A DNA stretch of 64,000 bases, taken from the NCBI GenBank assembly GCA_028864975.1, contig JAGWLG010000003.1, positions 1 to 64,000 on the forward strand, read 5' to 3'. The DNA is from Thermoplasmata archaeon (GTDB taxonomy: Archaea > Thermoplasmatota > Thermoplasmata > Lutacidiplasmatales > UBA184). The notes under the pieces are model-generated. The model made no database searches. It was not told where the DNA came from and saw only the letters and a program-made list of their open reading frames with translations. Shown here in pieces: positions 47,901-55,545 of this stretch (positions are counted from its first letter, which is position 1; every line of letters starts with the position of its first letter). The position numbers were made by a program, and so were the translations under genes.

Positions 47901-50370
47901 GACCGCGAGCCTCTCGTACCTGGTGCACCCCGACCCCGCCATCACGCTTCCCACCGGTTCCCCGTCGGTGATCGACAACGGGGGGACGGTCCAGTTCAGC
48001 GCCTTGGCGACGCTCGGCTCCGGCGGGTACGTCTGGAGCTGGTCGGGGCTTCCCTCGTCGTGCACCTCCCACGACCTCCGGGTCCTTCCGTGCACTCCCA
48101 CCGGGATCCTGGCGAACACGACCTTCTCGATCACGGCCACGGCGACCGACTCCAACGGCAACAGCGTTACCGGCGCGCCGTTCGCCTACACCGTGGACTC
48201 GGACCCTTCCATCGCGGGCGCGAGCGCTTCCCCCGACCCGACGGACGTCGGGGTGGCTGTCCAGCTCTCGGCCTCCGGCGGGGGCGGCACACCGGCGTAC
48301 CTCTTCCTCTGGAGGTGCACCGACGGGTTCGTCGCCTCCCTTCAGCAAGCGTCCCACTCCTTCTCGACGCCAGGCTCTCCCTCCTGCGAGATCTGGTGGA
48401 ACGACTCGGTGGGTGGGAGCGCGAGCCAGACGCTATCGGTAACTGTGGGGAGTGGGCCGGCGATCGCCCTGGCCGCGACCACGCCCCAGGTCGACGTGGG
48501 CGAGACCGCGAGCGTGGGCGGGACCGTCTCGGGCGGCCTGGGGCCGTTCGTCTGCACCTGGTACGTGAACGGCGTTGCCCAAGGCGGCACGGGCTGCGCG
48601 GGGATGAGCGCTCTCGCCTCTTCCGCCGGGTGGCTCAACTTCACCGCGACCGTCGCGGACTCGCTCGGAGCCATCGGCACCTCCGCCCTTCTCGCGATCC
48701 CTGTCGCGGTGCGGCCCTCCGTCTCGGTCTCGCCCACCGGGGGAGCCTTGGACGTGGGTCAGTCCTTCGTCCTGACCTCGTCCGTCGCCGGAGGCAGCTC
48801 CCCCGTCGCCTGCCAGTGGCTCCTCAACGGGAGCGCCATCGCCTCGGCCACGAGCTGCGTTGGCTACACCTTCCTTCCGTCCCATGGGGGAAGCTACCTC
48901 CTGGGCATCGTCGCCATGGACTCGGCAGCCCCGCCCCGCTCCGGGTGGTCGAACGTCTCGATCAACGTGTCCGCGCCGTTGCTCCTCGCGTTGACCCCCT
49001 CCTCGGGGGTGATGGACCTAGGTCAATCGCTCCTCTTCGTCGTCGCGGCCGCGGGAGGTCGCGCTCCGTATGCCCAGCAGTGGTACCTCAACGGGACCGC
49101 CATCAGCGGGGCAGCCGGTCCTTCCTACCTCTTCACACCCTCGGGGGCGGGGGCCTCCTACCTCCTCGGAGTGGTCGTCGGGGATGCCAATGGGGCCCAG
49201 GTGTGGGCGAACACCTCGATCGCGGTCGACCCCAAGCTCTCGGTCGGGTCCACCCCCGCCGGCCCGCTGGAGGTCGTGGTTGGTTCCTCGGTCGCCTTCC
49301 GCGCCACCACGGCGGGAGGGGACCTTCCCATCTCGTACCGCTGGTACGTGAACGGGGGGTTGCAAGCCGGGGCACCGACCGCCACGTTCACCTTCTCCTC
49401 CGCGAGCCCCGGGGTCTTCGTGGTGAACGTGTCGGTCGCGGACGCCCTCGGGTCCCAAGCGACCTCGACGAGCACGACCGTGGACGTCGTCGCGATCCTC
49501 GTCGCGGTCTCCGGCCCTGCGATGGCCGAGGTCGGGGTCCCGTCGATCTTCATGGCGAGCGTCGAGGGTGGCGTGGGAACGCTCTCCTACCAATGGTCGG
49601 TCGATGGGACGCCCCTCGCCGGGGCGTCGACGAGCAACCTCTCCTTCACGCCGACCACCCCCGGAGCGCACACCCTCACCGTCCTGGTCCGGGATGCCGG
49701 TGGGCTCACCGCCACGAACTCGACCACCGTGCAGACGGTCTCGCGGCTCGCGGTCGCTCTGAGCACCAATACGTCGTCGGCCTTCGTCAGGTGGACGGTC
49801 CATCTAGCGGCCCTGGTCACCGGGGGCACCGGGCCTTACCACTTCCTTTGGACGCTCAACGGGTCCTCGATCCCGGGGGCGACCGGAGCGCTCTACAACT
49901 TCACCGCGCGTGGAGCCGGGAACTACTCGTTCCAGGTCAGCGCGACCGACGCCCAAGGAGTGGGAGCGACCTCGCCCATCCTCGTCCTCACCGTGGCGCC
50001 GATCCCGGGGCCGAGCGGCGGCAAGACCAAGGGGCCCACGGGCTCGGAAGGCCCGCTGTCGCTTCCCGCCCTTCTGGGCATCCTCGGAGGGATCGCGGCG
50101 GTGGTGCTCGCCCTCCTGGTCCTCCTGCGGCGCCGACGCTCCTCCACCCCGCCTCCGTCGCCCGACGAGTTCGCGGATGCTCTCCCGACCGCGCCGATGG
50201 TGGACGCACGGATGCCGACGGGGGAGGACACGCAGGCCCCGACCCCGGGTGGGGACCCCTCGGAGTCGCCGGATGATTTCGACCCGACCCGGCCCCCTCT
50301 GCCCAAGAACCAGACGCTCCCCGCGGTCGGCCCGCCAGGGATCTCGCGGAGCGCGGCGGCGGGTCTCTAG
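41998..50370 (+). CDS. Giant surface protein: signal, 12 Kelch repeats, about 21 Ig-like/PKD-like repeats, TM helix, Pro/acidic tail
   Basis: 2790 aa ORF; the start may be MILALG. Repeats and the TM helix LLGILGGIAAVVLALLVLL followed by RRRR are visible. Confidence 0.88.
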   Translation: MSRPSPCAAFEGSIRSSGPRRGATERSPGMILALGLALLPLLGQPLFPAAQSPPAEVAHDLPTVGSDPPSARAAAQGSTVPSLPSGPGSEVGPGNGTQRNLAPGGNMGGEGRGTSPLVPGATPISAKAPPARSSPKAGTVRGPLTVPDGASLLAQAESSLGGGAGPAQGQTLSCEPVHVGGSAACSSSRAVLSPKLPDGASTPSWTETVVPPQRSGAAMVYDAADGYVLLYGGSNAQSSTLTDTWKFLGGVWTPLSPSTYPSARTEESMTYDSVDGYVLLFGGLYGSSTYLGDTWKFVGGSWTQLCSSCTITAREGAAMANDTADGYVVLFGGYNGGYLADTWKFTGVSWTALSPPTSPPARAYAAITYDEGDKYVVAYGGYGPSLLGDTWEFFGGSWTEICSGLTCPLTARAAPGMAYDEVDRHVVLFGGSRGGAISETWTYAAGTWTQISPATPPPPRYQMGAAYDAQDGYVLLFAGGGPPGYLGDTWTFASGSWTTLPAESSPSQRQDASLTYDAADGYVLLFGGYTRVDGMGGYNFVLSDTWKFVAGGWTELYPTSWPAGRWGAAMAYDAADGYVVLYGGYNSSGLGMYYDDTWKYLAGSWTQLCLGCGPRDEYSSFTFDTIDNYLVAFGGTTGGPLQGTWKFSGGVWSTLGPASSPTARWGAAMAYDPVDHYVLLFGGYDGTTYDGDTWKFLGGQWTSLGPSPVPSARQGASMVGDPADEYVVLFGGTTGAGPLSDTWKWAGNAWTAWSPSTSPPPRFNGAIADDVADGYVVLFSGDDGTTLGDTWELTLPPPTVSAPTPSQAAADVGQTFSFSATANGGTGTYPTYTWTQSSVNLGCTLVSAPSISCTPTVVGTSYTVSVSVTDSAGRSSSVATSAAYTVDADPTVSVPTGSPSSGGIDSGETVTFSATSTPGSGGDTYVWNNLPTGCLSSSTLSLPCDPGTMAANATFLVSVTIKDSNGFSVTGGQLSYLVHPAPSPRVPLASPGSGGVDDGQTVTFSTGATLGTGSYTLWSWSGLPGCTGANAPVLSCPTSGVVTNTTFTVAVTVTDSNGATGTASLSYLVHPDPAVTVPAGTPSSVDSGGTVSFSEVATLGSGSYSWAWSGLPSSCTSQDLRVLPCTPTGVVANTTFTITATVTDSNGGSATSSSLLYTVDADPAAKVPVASSASGAVDSGQAVVFSTGATLGTGSYTTWGWSGLPGCPSSNTPVLSCLTGGVISNTTFTVTVTVTDSNGGSGSASLSYLVHPAPVPSGISASPTSGGVDNGQTLTLSSGASLGTGSYTTWTWSGLPGCAPANSPVLSCSASGVVANTSYTISLVVTDSNGGTGTTSLVYVVHPDPSVSAPVGSTSSVDSGQSVAFSALATLGTGSYTWSWSGLPTSCSSQDLRVLPCVPTGLAVNTTFSITVSVRDSNGGGASSTSLSYTVEADPSPQGPVAAPVSGGVDSGQTVVFSSGGTLGTGSYSSWSWSGLPGCPSSSSPVLSCTTSGVVANTSYTVVVTVTDSNGGSGMASLVYLVLAAPLPKVPSASPSSGGVDDGQTVTFSTGATLGTGSYSFSWSGLPGCASANTPVLTCTTSGVALNTTFSIVVVATDTNGGSGSASLFYLVHPDPVARAPSATPPSGGADEGQTVTFDSGATLGTGVYSSWSWSGLPGCASANAPVVTCAVSGVSANTTFTVAVTVVDSDGGSATASLSYLVHALPVAAVPVASPGSGAVDDGQTLVLTTGATQGTGAYSLWSWSGLPGCASVNAPTLSCTTAGVSANTTYTISVTVTDSNGGSGSASLSYLVHPAPAPKAISASPASGGVDAGQTVVFGSGASLGTGAYTAWTWSGLPGCTSANLPVLSCTTGGLAVNTSYTVQISVLDSNGGSGVATLVYLVLADPVAKVPVAAPVSGGVDNGQTVTFNAGATQGSGSYTTWSWSGLPGCSGANSPVLSCATAGVASNTTFTVAVTVSDSNGGSGTASLSYLVHPDPAITLPTGSPSVIDNGGTVQFSALATLGSGGYVWSWSGLPSSCTSHDLRVLPCTPTGILANTTFSITATATDSNGNSVTGAPFAYTVDSDPSIAGASASPDPTDVGVAVQLSASGGGGTPAYLFLWRCTDGFVASLQQASHSFSTPGSPSCEIWWNDSVGGSASQTLSVTVGSGPAIALAATTPQVDVGETASVGGTVSGGLGPFVCTWYVNGVAQGGTGCAGMSALASSAGWLNFTATVADSLGAIGTSALLAIPVAVRPSVSVSPTGGALDVGQSFVLTSSVAGGSSPVACQWLLNGSAIASATSCVGYTFLPSHGGSYLLGIVAMDSAAPPRSGWSNVSINVSAPLLLALTPSSGVMDLGQSLLFVVAAAGGRAPYAQQWYLNGTAISGAAGPSYLFTPSGAGASYLLGVVVGDANGAQVWANTSIAVDPKLSVGSTPAGPLEVVVGSSVAFRATTAGGDLPISYRWYVNGGLQAGAPTATFTFSSASPGVFVVNVSVADALGSQATSTSTTVDVVAILVAVSGPAMAEVGVPSIFMASVEGGVGTLSYQWSVDGTPLAGASTSNLSFTPTTPGAHTLTVLVRDAGGLTATNSTTVQTVSRLAVALSTNTSSAFVRWTVHLAALVTGGTGPYHFLWTLNGSSIPGATGALYNFTARGAGNYSFQVSATDAQGVGATSPILVLTVAPIPGPSGGKTKGPTGSEGPLSLPALLGILGGIAAVVLALLVLLRRRRSSTPPPSPDEFADALPTAPMVDARMPTGEDTQAPTPGGDPSESPDDFDPTRPPLPKNQTLPAVGPPGISRSAAAGL
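42625..44380 (+). repeat. 12 Kelch repeats (probably two 6-bladed propellers)
   Basis: Twelve P..R....M.YD..D.YV.LFGG...DTW.F.GG.W units counted. Confidence 0.88.
44385..49990 (+). repeat. About 21 Ig-like repeats, Cys-paired in the proximal ~14
   Basis: VD(S/D/N)GQTV.F..GA..GTG.Y..WSWSGLP.C......L.C......N.T....V.V.DSNGG units. Confidence 0.85.
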
Positions 50371-50395
50371 CCATCAGCGCTGGCCGAACGGCGCC

Positions 50396-51637
50396 TTACG
50401 CGGGAGCCCCGGCGTGACCCATCAACGGCAGGCCCAGCAGGTCCTGCATCCGGAGCAGGACCTTGCGGCCCCGTGCGCGGTCCCCCGCATCCAGCCCCCC
50501 CCGTCCAAACGCTTGGATGTCCGCCGCCGTCGCCTGCAGCGCGCTCAGGGCCTGAGGGATGTCGAGGTCCAGGGCCAGCGCTCGGGGGATCTTGGCGAAG
50601 CTCCTCTCTAGCCGTTCGACAGGGTACCCCTCGGCCTCGGTCCCGTCCAGGAGCCCGTGGAACGTCCTCTGGAGGTCGTGCCACATCGCGTCGGTCGATC
50701 GGGCGTCCATCTCCAGGTACTCGATCCCGTCCCGATAGGACTTGGAGAGGACGTACCAGCGCAAGGCCGGGGCACAGATCTCGTCCAAGGCCTCGCGGAT
50801 GGTGATGAGGTTCCCCAGGGACTTCGACATCTTCCGCTCCCCCATGGTGACGAACCCTCCGTGCAGGAAGCCCTTCGAGAAGGGGCTACGTCGCAGGCCG
50901 TAGGAGATCAGGTTCTCGGCGTAGTGGTGGGGGAACATGAGATCCAGCCCTCCGCCGTGCAGGTCGAGGGGGAGCGGCAGGAAGCTCGAAGCCATGACGT
51001 AGCACTCGAGGTGCCACCCCGGCATCCCCTTCCCCCAGGGGCTGGGCCAGACGGGCGAAGGGGGGGAGGAGGGCTTCCAGAGGACAAAGTCCCGGGGGTC
51101 CTCCGCCTCGGGCTCCGCGCTCTGCCCGGGTTCCGGGACCGCGTGGGCGCTCAGCATCGCATCCGCGGAGAAGTTCCCTCCGCTCGCCGGCACCGCGCTC
51201 GCGTCGAAGTAGACCGAGCGGCCCTTCCGATAGGCGATCTTCCTCTTCTCGAGCGTCCGGATCGCCTCGATGATCCCCGAGACGTAGTCGCTGGACCTAG
51301 GGCTCCAGCCAGGGGGGATGACCCCCAACGAGGCCATGTCGTGGACGAAGGAGCGTTCCTCTCTTCGCGCCAGCTCCTTCCAGCTCACCCCGAGCTTGAG
51401 GGCCCGACGCGTGAGCTTGTCCTCGAAGTCGGTGATGTTCTGAACGTGGCCGACCCGCGCGCCTTGGGCGAGGAAGAAGCGCTTGACGGTGTCGAAGAGA
51501 AGGTAGGTCCGCGCGTGCCCCACGTGGGCCTGGTCGTACACCGTGGGACCGCAGACGTAGAGCGCAAGGGGACGCCCCCGGGGGGGGCCCAGGACCTGCC
51601 ACCGCCGGGCGAGGGAATCGAGGTATTGGAGGTCCAT
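50396..51637 (-). CDS. cysS: Cysteinyl-tRNA synthetase-like protein lacking the usual C-terminal anticodon-binding extension
   Basis: YVCGPTVYD, HVGH, GWHLEC, HGGG.DL.FPHH, KMSKSLGN. Ends at 413 aa after the DALR-like helices. Confidence 0.8.
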   Translation of the reverse strand: MDLQYLDSLARRWQVLGPPRGRPLALYVCGPTVYDQAHVGHARTYLLFDTVKRFFLAQGARVGHVQNITDFEDKLTRRALKLGVSWKELARREERSFVHDMASLGVIPPGWSPRSSDYVSGIIEAIRTLEKRKIAYRKGRSVYFDASAVPASGGNFSADAMLSAHAVPEPGQSAEPEAEDPRDFVLWKPSSPPSPVWPSPWGKGMPGWHLECYVMASSFLPLPLDLHGGGLDLMFPHHYAENLISYGLRRSPFSKGFLHGGFVTMGERKMSKSLGNLITIREALDEICAPALRWYVLSKSYRDGIEYLEMDARSTDAMWHDLQRTFHGLLDGTEAEGYPVERLERSFAKIPRALALDLDIPQALSALQATAADIQAFGRGGLDAGDRARGRKVLLRMQDLLGLPLMGHAGAPA

Positions 51638-51757
51638 GGGGGGGCCTCGACACGGCTCGACCGAAAAAGACGAGGGGGGGACCTTCAGGGACTTCGAGAC
51701 CCTAGGGCACGTCGCAGGAGCGCTCCAAGCGCGAAGGCACGGGCCGCACTCCCGTCC

Positions 51758-52144
51758 TCAATAGCGGCTCACGAGGAGGCCCGGGACACGACCGAAGTCC
51801 GGATCTCGGGAGACCACGAAGTCGTGCCGACGGACCGCCAGGGCCGCCACGGCGAGGTCCACCGCTCCTAGCGAGGCGCCGACCCGAAGCGCGTCCCCGC
51901 CCAGGCGGGCGGCCTCGTCGGCCAGATCTCGGTCCACTGTAACCACTTCCAGGGTATCGAACATCCGGGCGGTTCGGTCGAGGTACTTGCCCCCTTTGAG
52001 ATAGGCCCCGGCCATCACCTCGGTGAACACGGGGGCAACGGTCCGCAGGGGTCGGTTCTCGCTTTCGAGGGCCCGGGAGCGCTCCACGGCCTCCGCGACG
52101 TCCTTCGAGACGTCGATGAGGAAGGTGGCATCCAGGACCGGCAT
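51758..52144 (-). CDS. vapC: PIN-domain toxin VapC
   Basis: VLDATFLID, VFTEV..G, DLAVAALA......VSRD.DF.RVPGL. Confidence 0.9.
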   Translation of the reverse strand: MPVLDATFLIDVSKDVAEAVERSRALESENRPLRTVAPVFTEVMAGAYLKGGKYLDRTARMFDTLEVVTVDRDLADEAARLGGDALRVGASLGAVDLAVAALAVRRHDFVVSRDPDFGRVPGLLVSRY

Positions 52145-52153
52145 GGGAGTCCT

Positions 52154-52402
52154 CTAGAGGCCCGCGAGCCGACGGATCCGGGCCCTTTCTTTGACCTTTC
52201 CGCGGGCCAGGGCCTCCTCGACCTTACGGAGATCCTTCGCCGACATGTCCGACCAGATCCCTGCAAAGTCGGAGAGACGGCCTCGGGGGCGGGCGAGACG
52301 GCGTACCACGTCGTTAAAGGTCTCGTCCCCCCGGCGGGCCTGCCGCAGCAGGTCGTAGGTGTCAGGGTCCAAGGCGACCGTCTTCACGCGGACCTCGGGC
52401 AT
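52154..52402 (-). CDS. vapB: VapB-family antitoxin (UPF0330/DUF217-like)
   Basis: KTVAL..D.Y..L...RR..ETF.DVV.RL...LSDFAG. Lies directly upstream of the PIN gene. Confidence 0.85.
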   Translation of the reverse strand: MPEVRVKTVALDPDTYDLLRQARRGDETFNDVVRRLARPRGRLSDFAGIWSDMSAKDLRKVEEALARGKVKERARIRRLAGL

Positions 52403-52413
52403 GACATATAGTG

Positions 52414-52433
52414 AATGTTTACATTTAGTATAA
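52414..52433 (-). promoter_or_regulatory. vapBC promoter with inverted repeat AATGT-TT-ACATT
   Basis: Palindrome at 52414-52425, between TATA-like TTATAC (52428-52433, minus strand) and the ATG. Confidence 0.5.
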
Positions 52434-52655
52434 CGCTTGCGACGCTGCCGCGCCCTGTAGGAAAGCCAGGGTCCGATCCCCTCCTAGAGAAAGGAACGAG
52501 GACCACGGGATCGAACCAGCGCAAGGGCGAGCGGGGGACCTTCTCGGGAGGAGAGGGGCGCGGGACGGCGTGGAGGCTCTTCCCCCTCGGAAGGCGGGGT
52601 CGAACTCGCGGAAGTGGCCCGCCGTCGCGCCGATGGACACCGCCTGAACGGGCCA

Positions 52656-53669
52656 CTACAGGGGCGGCCGCTCCGCCAACGAGGGGGCTGTCGCGCGCGG
52701 GGCATACTTCCCGGGCTCCATGAAGACCTGCTGGGCATCGATGACCCAGCCGTCCTTGCTCTTCGCGATCTTCGGGCTGTCTAGGAGCGCGCGTCCCAAA
52801 GCCACCAGCTCCCCGTGTCGGGTGACGAGGACGACCCGCTGCCCCTCCATGAACGCCCCCACGATCTTCAGGATCCCCCCGGCCGCGAGGTCGGCCCCAT
52901 GCGCTAGCGCATCGACGGCGCTGTCCTTGATCACGACCTGAGGGAACCTTCCCCACACCTTGATGGGCGGCTGAAGGCAGGCGAGCAGACCCTGCGGGGA
53001 CCCCTCGCGCGCCGCGGCGACCAGGTCCGCGAGCGAGGAGAGGGAGAGGATCTCGCCCTCGGTGAAGGGCCCGGTCGCGGTCCTTCGGAGCTCCACCATG
53101 TTCGCCCCCGGGCCGAGCGCCTCGCCCAGGTCGACGGCGAGGGTCCGGATGTACGTCCCCGAGTCGCACTGGATGTCGAGGAGGACCTCCAGCCCCCTGC
53201 GCTCCAGGAGGGTCAGCTTGTGGATGACGCGGACCCGGCGCTCCCGACGGACCGCCGAGCGGACCGGAGGAAGCTGGAAGATGGGCCCCTGGAACTCCTT
53301 CAGGACGCGCTCCAGCTCCGCGTTGGGGACCGGACCGTGGAAGCGGAAGACGGCGACGTAACGCTTCGGGAACTCGAGGATGAGCGGGAGGAGACGCAGC
53401 GCCTTCCCGACGGAGATCACGAGGACCCCGCTCACCCCGGGATCGAGCGTCCCCGCGTGGCCCGCACGCGCGACCCCCAGGAGGTCGCGGACCCAGGCGG
53501 TGACCTGGTGGGAGGTCGGTCCCCTCGGCTTGTCGATGATGAGGAAACCCCCTTCGGGCGGCAGGGGCAGGTCGACCTTCGGGGGAGAGGGGGCGAGCGG
53601 GGCCTTGGGGGGCTCGGGCGCGGCTCGAGCCGGTGGAGCGGTCGCGGCGCGCTCCGCCGGGGGGGTCAG
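52656..53669 (-). CDS. cbf5: Pseudouridine synthase Cbf5/TruB with PUA domain
   Basis: IIDKP.GPTSHQV and GHAGTLDPGVSG lie in frame upstream of the first canonical start (53435). The frame can begin at CTG 53667-53669, which overlaps the cmk stop. GTYIRTL and LRRT.TG.F motifs and a PUA domain follow. Confidence 0.88.
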   Translation of the reverse strand: MTPPAERAATAPPARAAPEPPKAPLAPSPPKVDLPLPPEGGFLIIDKPRGPTSHQVTAWVRDLLGVARAGHAGTLDPGVSGVLVISVGKALRLLPLILEFPKRYVAVFRFHGPVPNAELERVLKEFQGPIFQLPPVRSAVRRERRVRVIHKLTLLERRGLEVLLDIQCDSGTYIRTLAVDLGEALGPGANMVELRRTATGPFTEGEILSLSSLADLVAAAREGSPQGLLACLQPPIKVWGRFPQVVIKDSAVDALAHGADLAAGGILKIVGAFMEGQRVVLVTRHGELVALGRALLDSPKIAKSKDGWVIDAQQVFMEPGKYAPRATAPSLAERPPL

Positions 53670-54223
53670 GCGGGTGCGGGCTCCGCGAGCCGTACGTCCT
53701 CCGGGAGCCTTTCGTAGATGGTCTGGACGACCTGGCGGGCGTCCAGTCGGGTCGAGTCGATGCCGACCTCGTAGTGAAGTTCGTTGAGCTCGATCCCGTA
53801 GTACTTGCGGTACCGCGCCGCCTCGCTCGCCTCCCGCACGCGCATCGCCGGCAGAACGAGGTCCGCGGGCACGCCCTCGCGTCGTCCGATGCGCTGGGCC
53901 CGGGTGAACTCCGCTGCGGTGATGTAGATCCGGATCACGGGGATGAAGCGCCGGACCAAGAGCTCGCCGATGATCCGCCCTTCGAGGATGCGGTGCGGCG
54001 AGGCCAGCCCCACCATGGTCTCGTCGAGCGTCTTGTCGATGCGGTCATCCCGCAGGGCCATCTCCCCGAAGGTACGGAGGTCGACGCCCCTTCGGCTCGC
54101 CTCGCTGCGGAAGATCTCCCCGGCGCTCACGTACTCCCGGTGGAGGAGGTCCGCCAGCTTGCGCCCCGCGGTCGACTTCCCGCTACCGGGGGGGCCCCCC
54201 ACCGTCAACACGGAGCCCTTCAT
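53666..54223 (-). CDS. cmk: Cytidylate kinase (archaeal type)
   Basis: TVGGPPGSGKST, SAGEIFR, D..LD, LEGR, R..RYYGI. Usual position after DUF106. Confidence 0.92.
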   Translation of the reverse strand: MKGSVLTVGGPPGSGKSTAGRKLADLLHREYVSAGEIFRSEASRRGVDLRTFGEMALRDDRIDKTLDETMVGLASPHRILEGRIIGELLVRRFIPVIRIYITAAEFTRAQRIGRREGVPADLVLPAMRVREASEAARYRKYYGIELNELHYEVGIDSTRLDARQVVQTIYERLPEDVRLAEPAPA

Positions 54224-55542
54224 GCGCCTCCCAGGGGAGGTTCGACCGGCACAAGAGGCGCCGGCTCGGCATCGGGGAGCTTCTGCGCGAGCGCGGCGTG
54301 CTTGAGGTACCGACGGAAGATCAGGTTCAGCGGCACGGTGTACAGGCTGAAGGCCGCGAACCAGAGCGGGAAAGGCCCGAACTGTCCGAGCAGGTTCGCG
54401 GGGTCACCGAACATCAGGACAGAACTCCCCTTGCAGGCGAAGGGCGGGACGGGCACCGAGGGGGGGGAGACGGTCGTGGTCCCGTACTGGAGGCCCTGGA
54501 ACCCCCAGCCCACGGACCCCCGCGCGTCGATGATCAGCAGGGTGATGGTGTAGGCTCCCACAGCCTGGGGTTTGAAGCTCCACGTGCTGAACGTACTGCC
54601 CTTCCCGTGGGGGCCGCTAGCATTCTCGATCGCCCCGCCCGTCGAAAGCCCGGTGGCCCACCAGGTGTAGTTGTAGGGGGCATATCCGCCCGGCGGGGCC
54701 CCCGCAACGGGCCCCAGGACCGACGCGGTCAAATTGAACGAGGCCGGGCTGCCCACCGGGAGCACGGTCGCCGACGGCCCGATGGCCGGGCGCGGGCATT
54801 GTTCCGCGATGTAGAGCCCCATCCAGGTGTAGATGGCGATCAGCAGGACCCAAGTGATGACCATTCCCTTGAACTGTGCGATGGTCACCTTGCTCTGGCG
54901 GACCTGGATCGCGTCCATGTGAGGCTTCAGCGCCTCCATGTGCTCCTTCTTCTGGCTCCGAACGGCCTTCATCCAGAGCGGGCGGATGGCGGCCTGGTGG
55001 TGCGCCACCGTGGCGGACTCGATCCAATCGGTGGTGAAGTGGTAGGCGACCGCCGAGAGCCCCATCTCGAGCGCAGCGGCGAAGAACATCGTGGCGAGTA
55101 GGGCGTGTCCCCCGAAGCCGAAGGCGGGCGCGAGGAGGCCGCCGAACGCGAGGGCGATGGAATTCCTCGCGCTGTTGTCGATGAGCATGTAGAGGCCCAT
55201 GAATCCGAGGAAGAACAGAATGAACCGGCTCACGCCCTTGCGGAGCTCGCCCTTCGCCTTCGCCGCCTGTTCCTTGCGGCGAGCGGCCTCCTCCTGGGAG
55301 ACCTCTGGCTCTTCCTCTTCGTCCTCCTCGTCCTCCTCCTCGCCCTTCCCAGCGCCCTTGGCTTCCACCTTCCCCGCGGGAAGGGGGGACGTCGACGCCG
55401 CAGGCTCGGGGGTCGAGGAGGGGAGGGGCGCGTCCTGAGAGGGGAGCGGCTCGTTGGAAGAGGACGGGCTGGCCACCGGCTCGTCAGACTTCGCGGGACC
55501 CGTCCCCCCCGAGGGGAAGAACGGGTCGATGGACGGGCTCAC
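54220..55542 (-). CDS. DUF106/EMC3/TMCO1 (Oxa1 superfamily) membrane protein with Ig/PKD-like insert
   Basis: TM-coiled coil-TM core (Q.K......FK.M.ITW...I.IY.W) and a final W...Y TM segment; located after secY. A ~120 aa beta-rich insert lies at 54433-54798. Confidence 0.8.
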   Translation of the reverse strand: MSPSIDPFFPSGGTGPAKSDEPVASPSSSNEPLPSQDAPLPSSTPEPAASTSPLPAGKVEAKGAGKGEEEDEEDEEEEPEVSQEEAARRKEQAAKAKGELRKGVSRFILFFLGFMGLYMLIDNSARNSIALAFGGLLAPAFGFGGHALLATMFFAAALEMGLSAVAYHFTTDWIESATVAHHQAAIRPLWMKAVRSQKKEHMEALKPHMDAIQVRQSKVTIAQFKGMVITWVLLIAIYTWMGLYIAEQCPRPAIGPSATVLPVGSPASFNLTASVLGPVAGAPPGGYAPYNYTWWATGLSTGGAIENASGPHGKGSTFSTWSFKPQAVGAYTITLLIIDARGSVGWGFQGLQYGTTTVSPPSVPVPPFACKGSSVLMFGDPANLLGQFGPFPLWFAAFSLYTVPLNLIFRRYLKHAALAQKLPDAEPAPLVPVEPPLGGA

Positions 55543-55545
55543 GCC

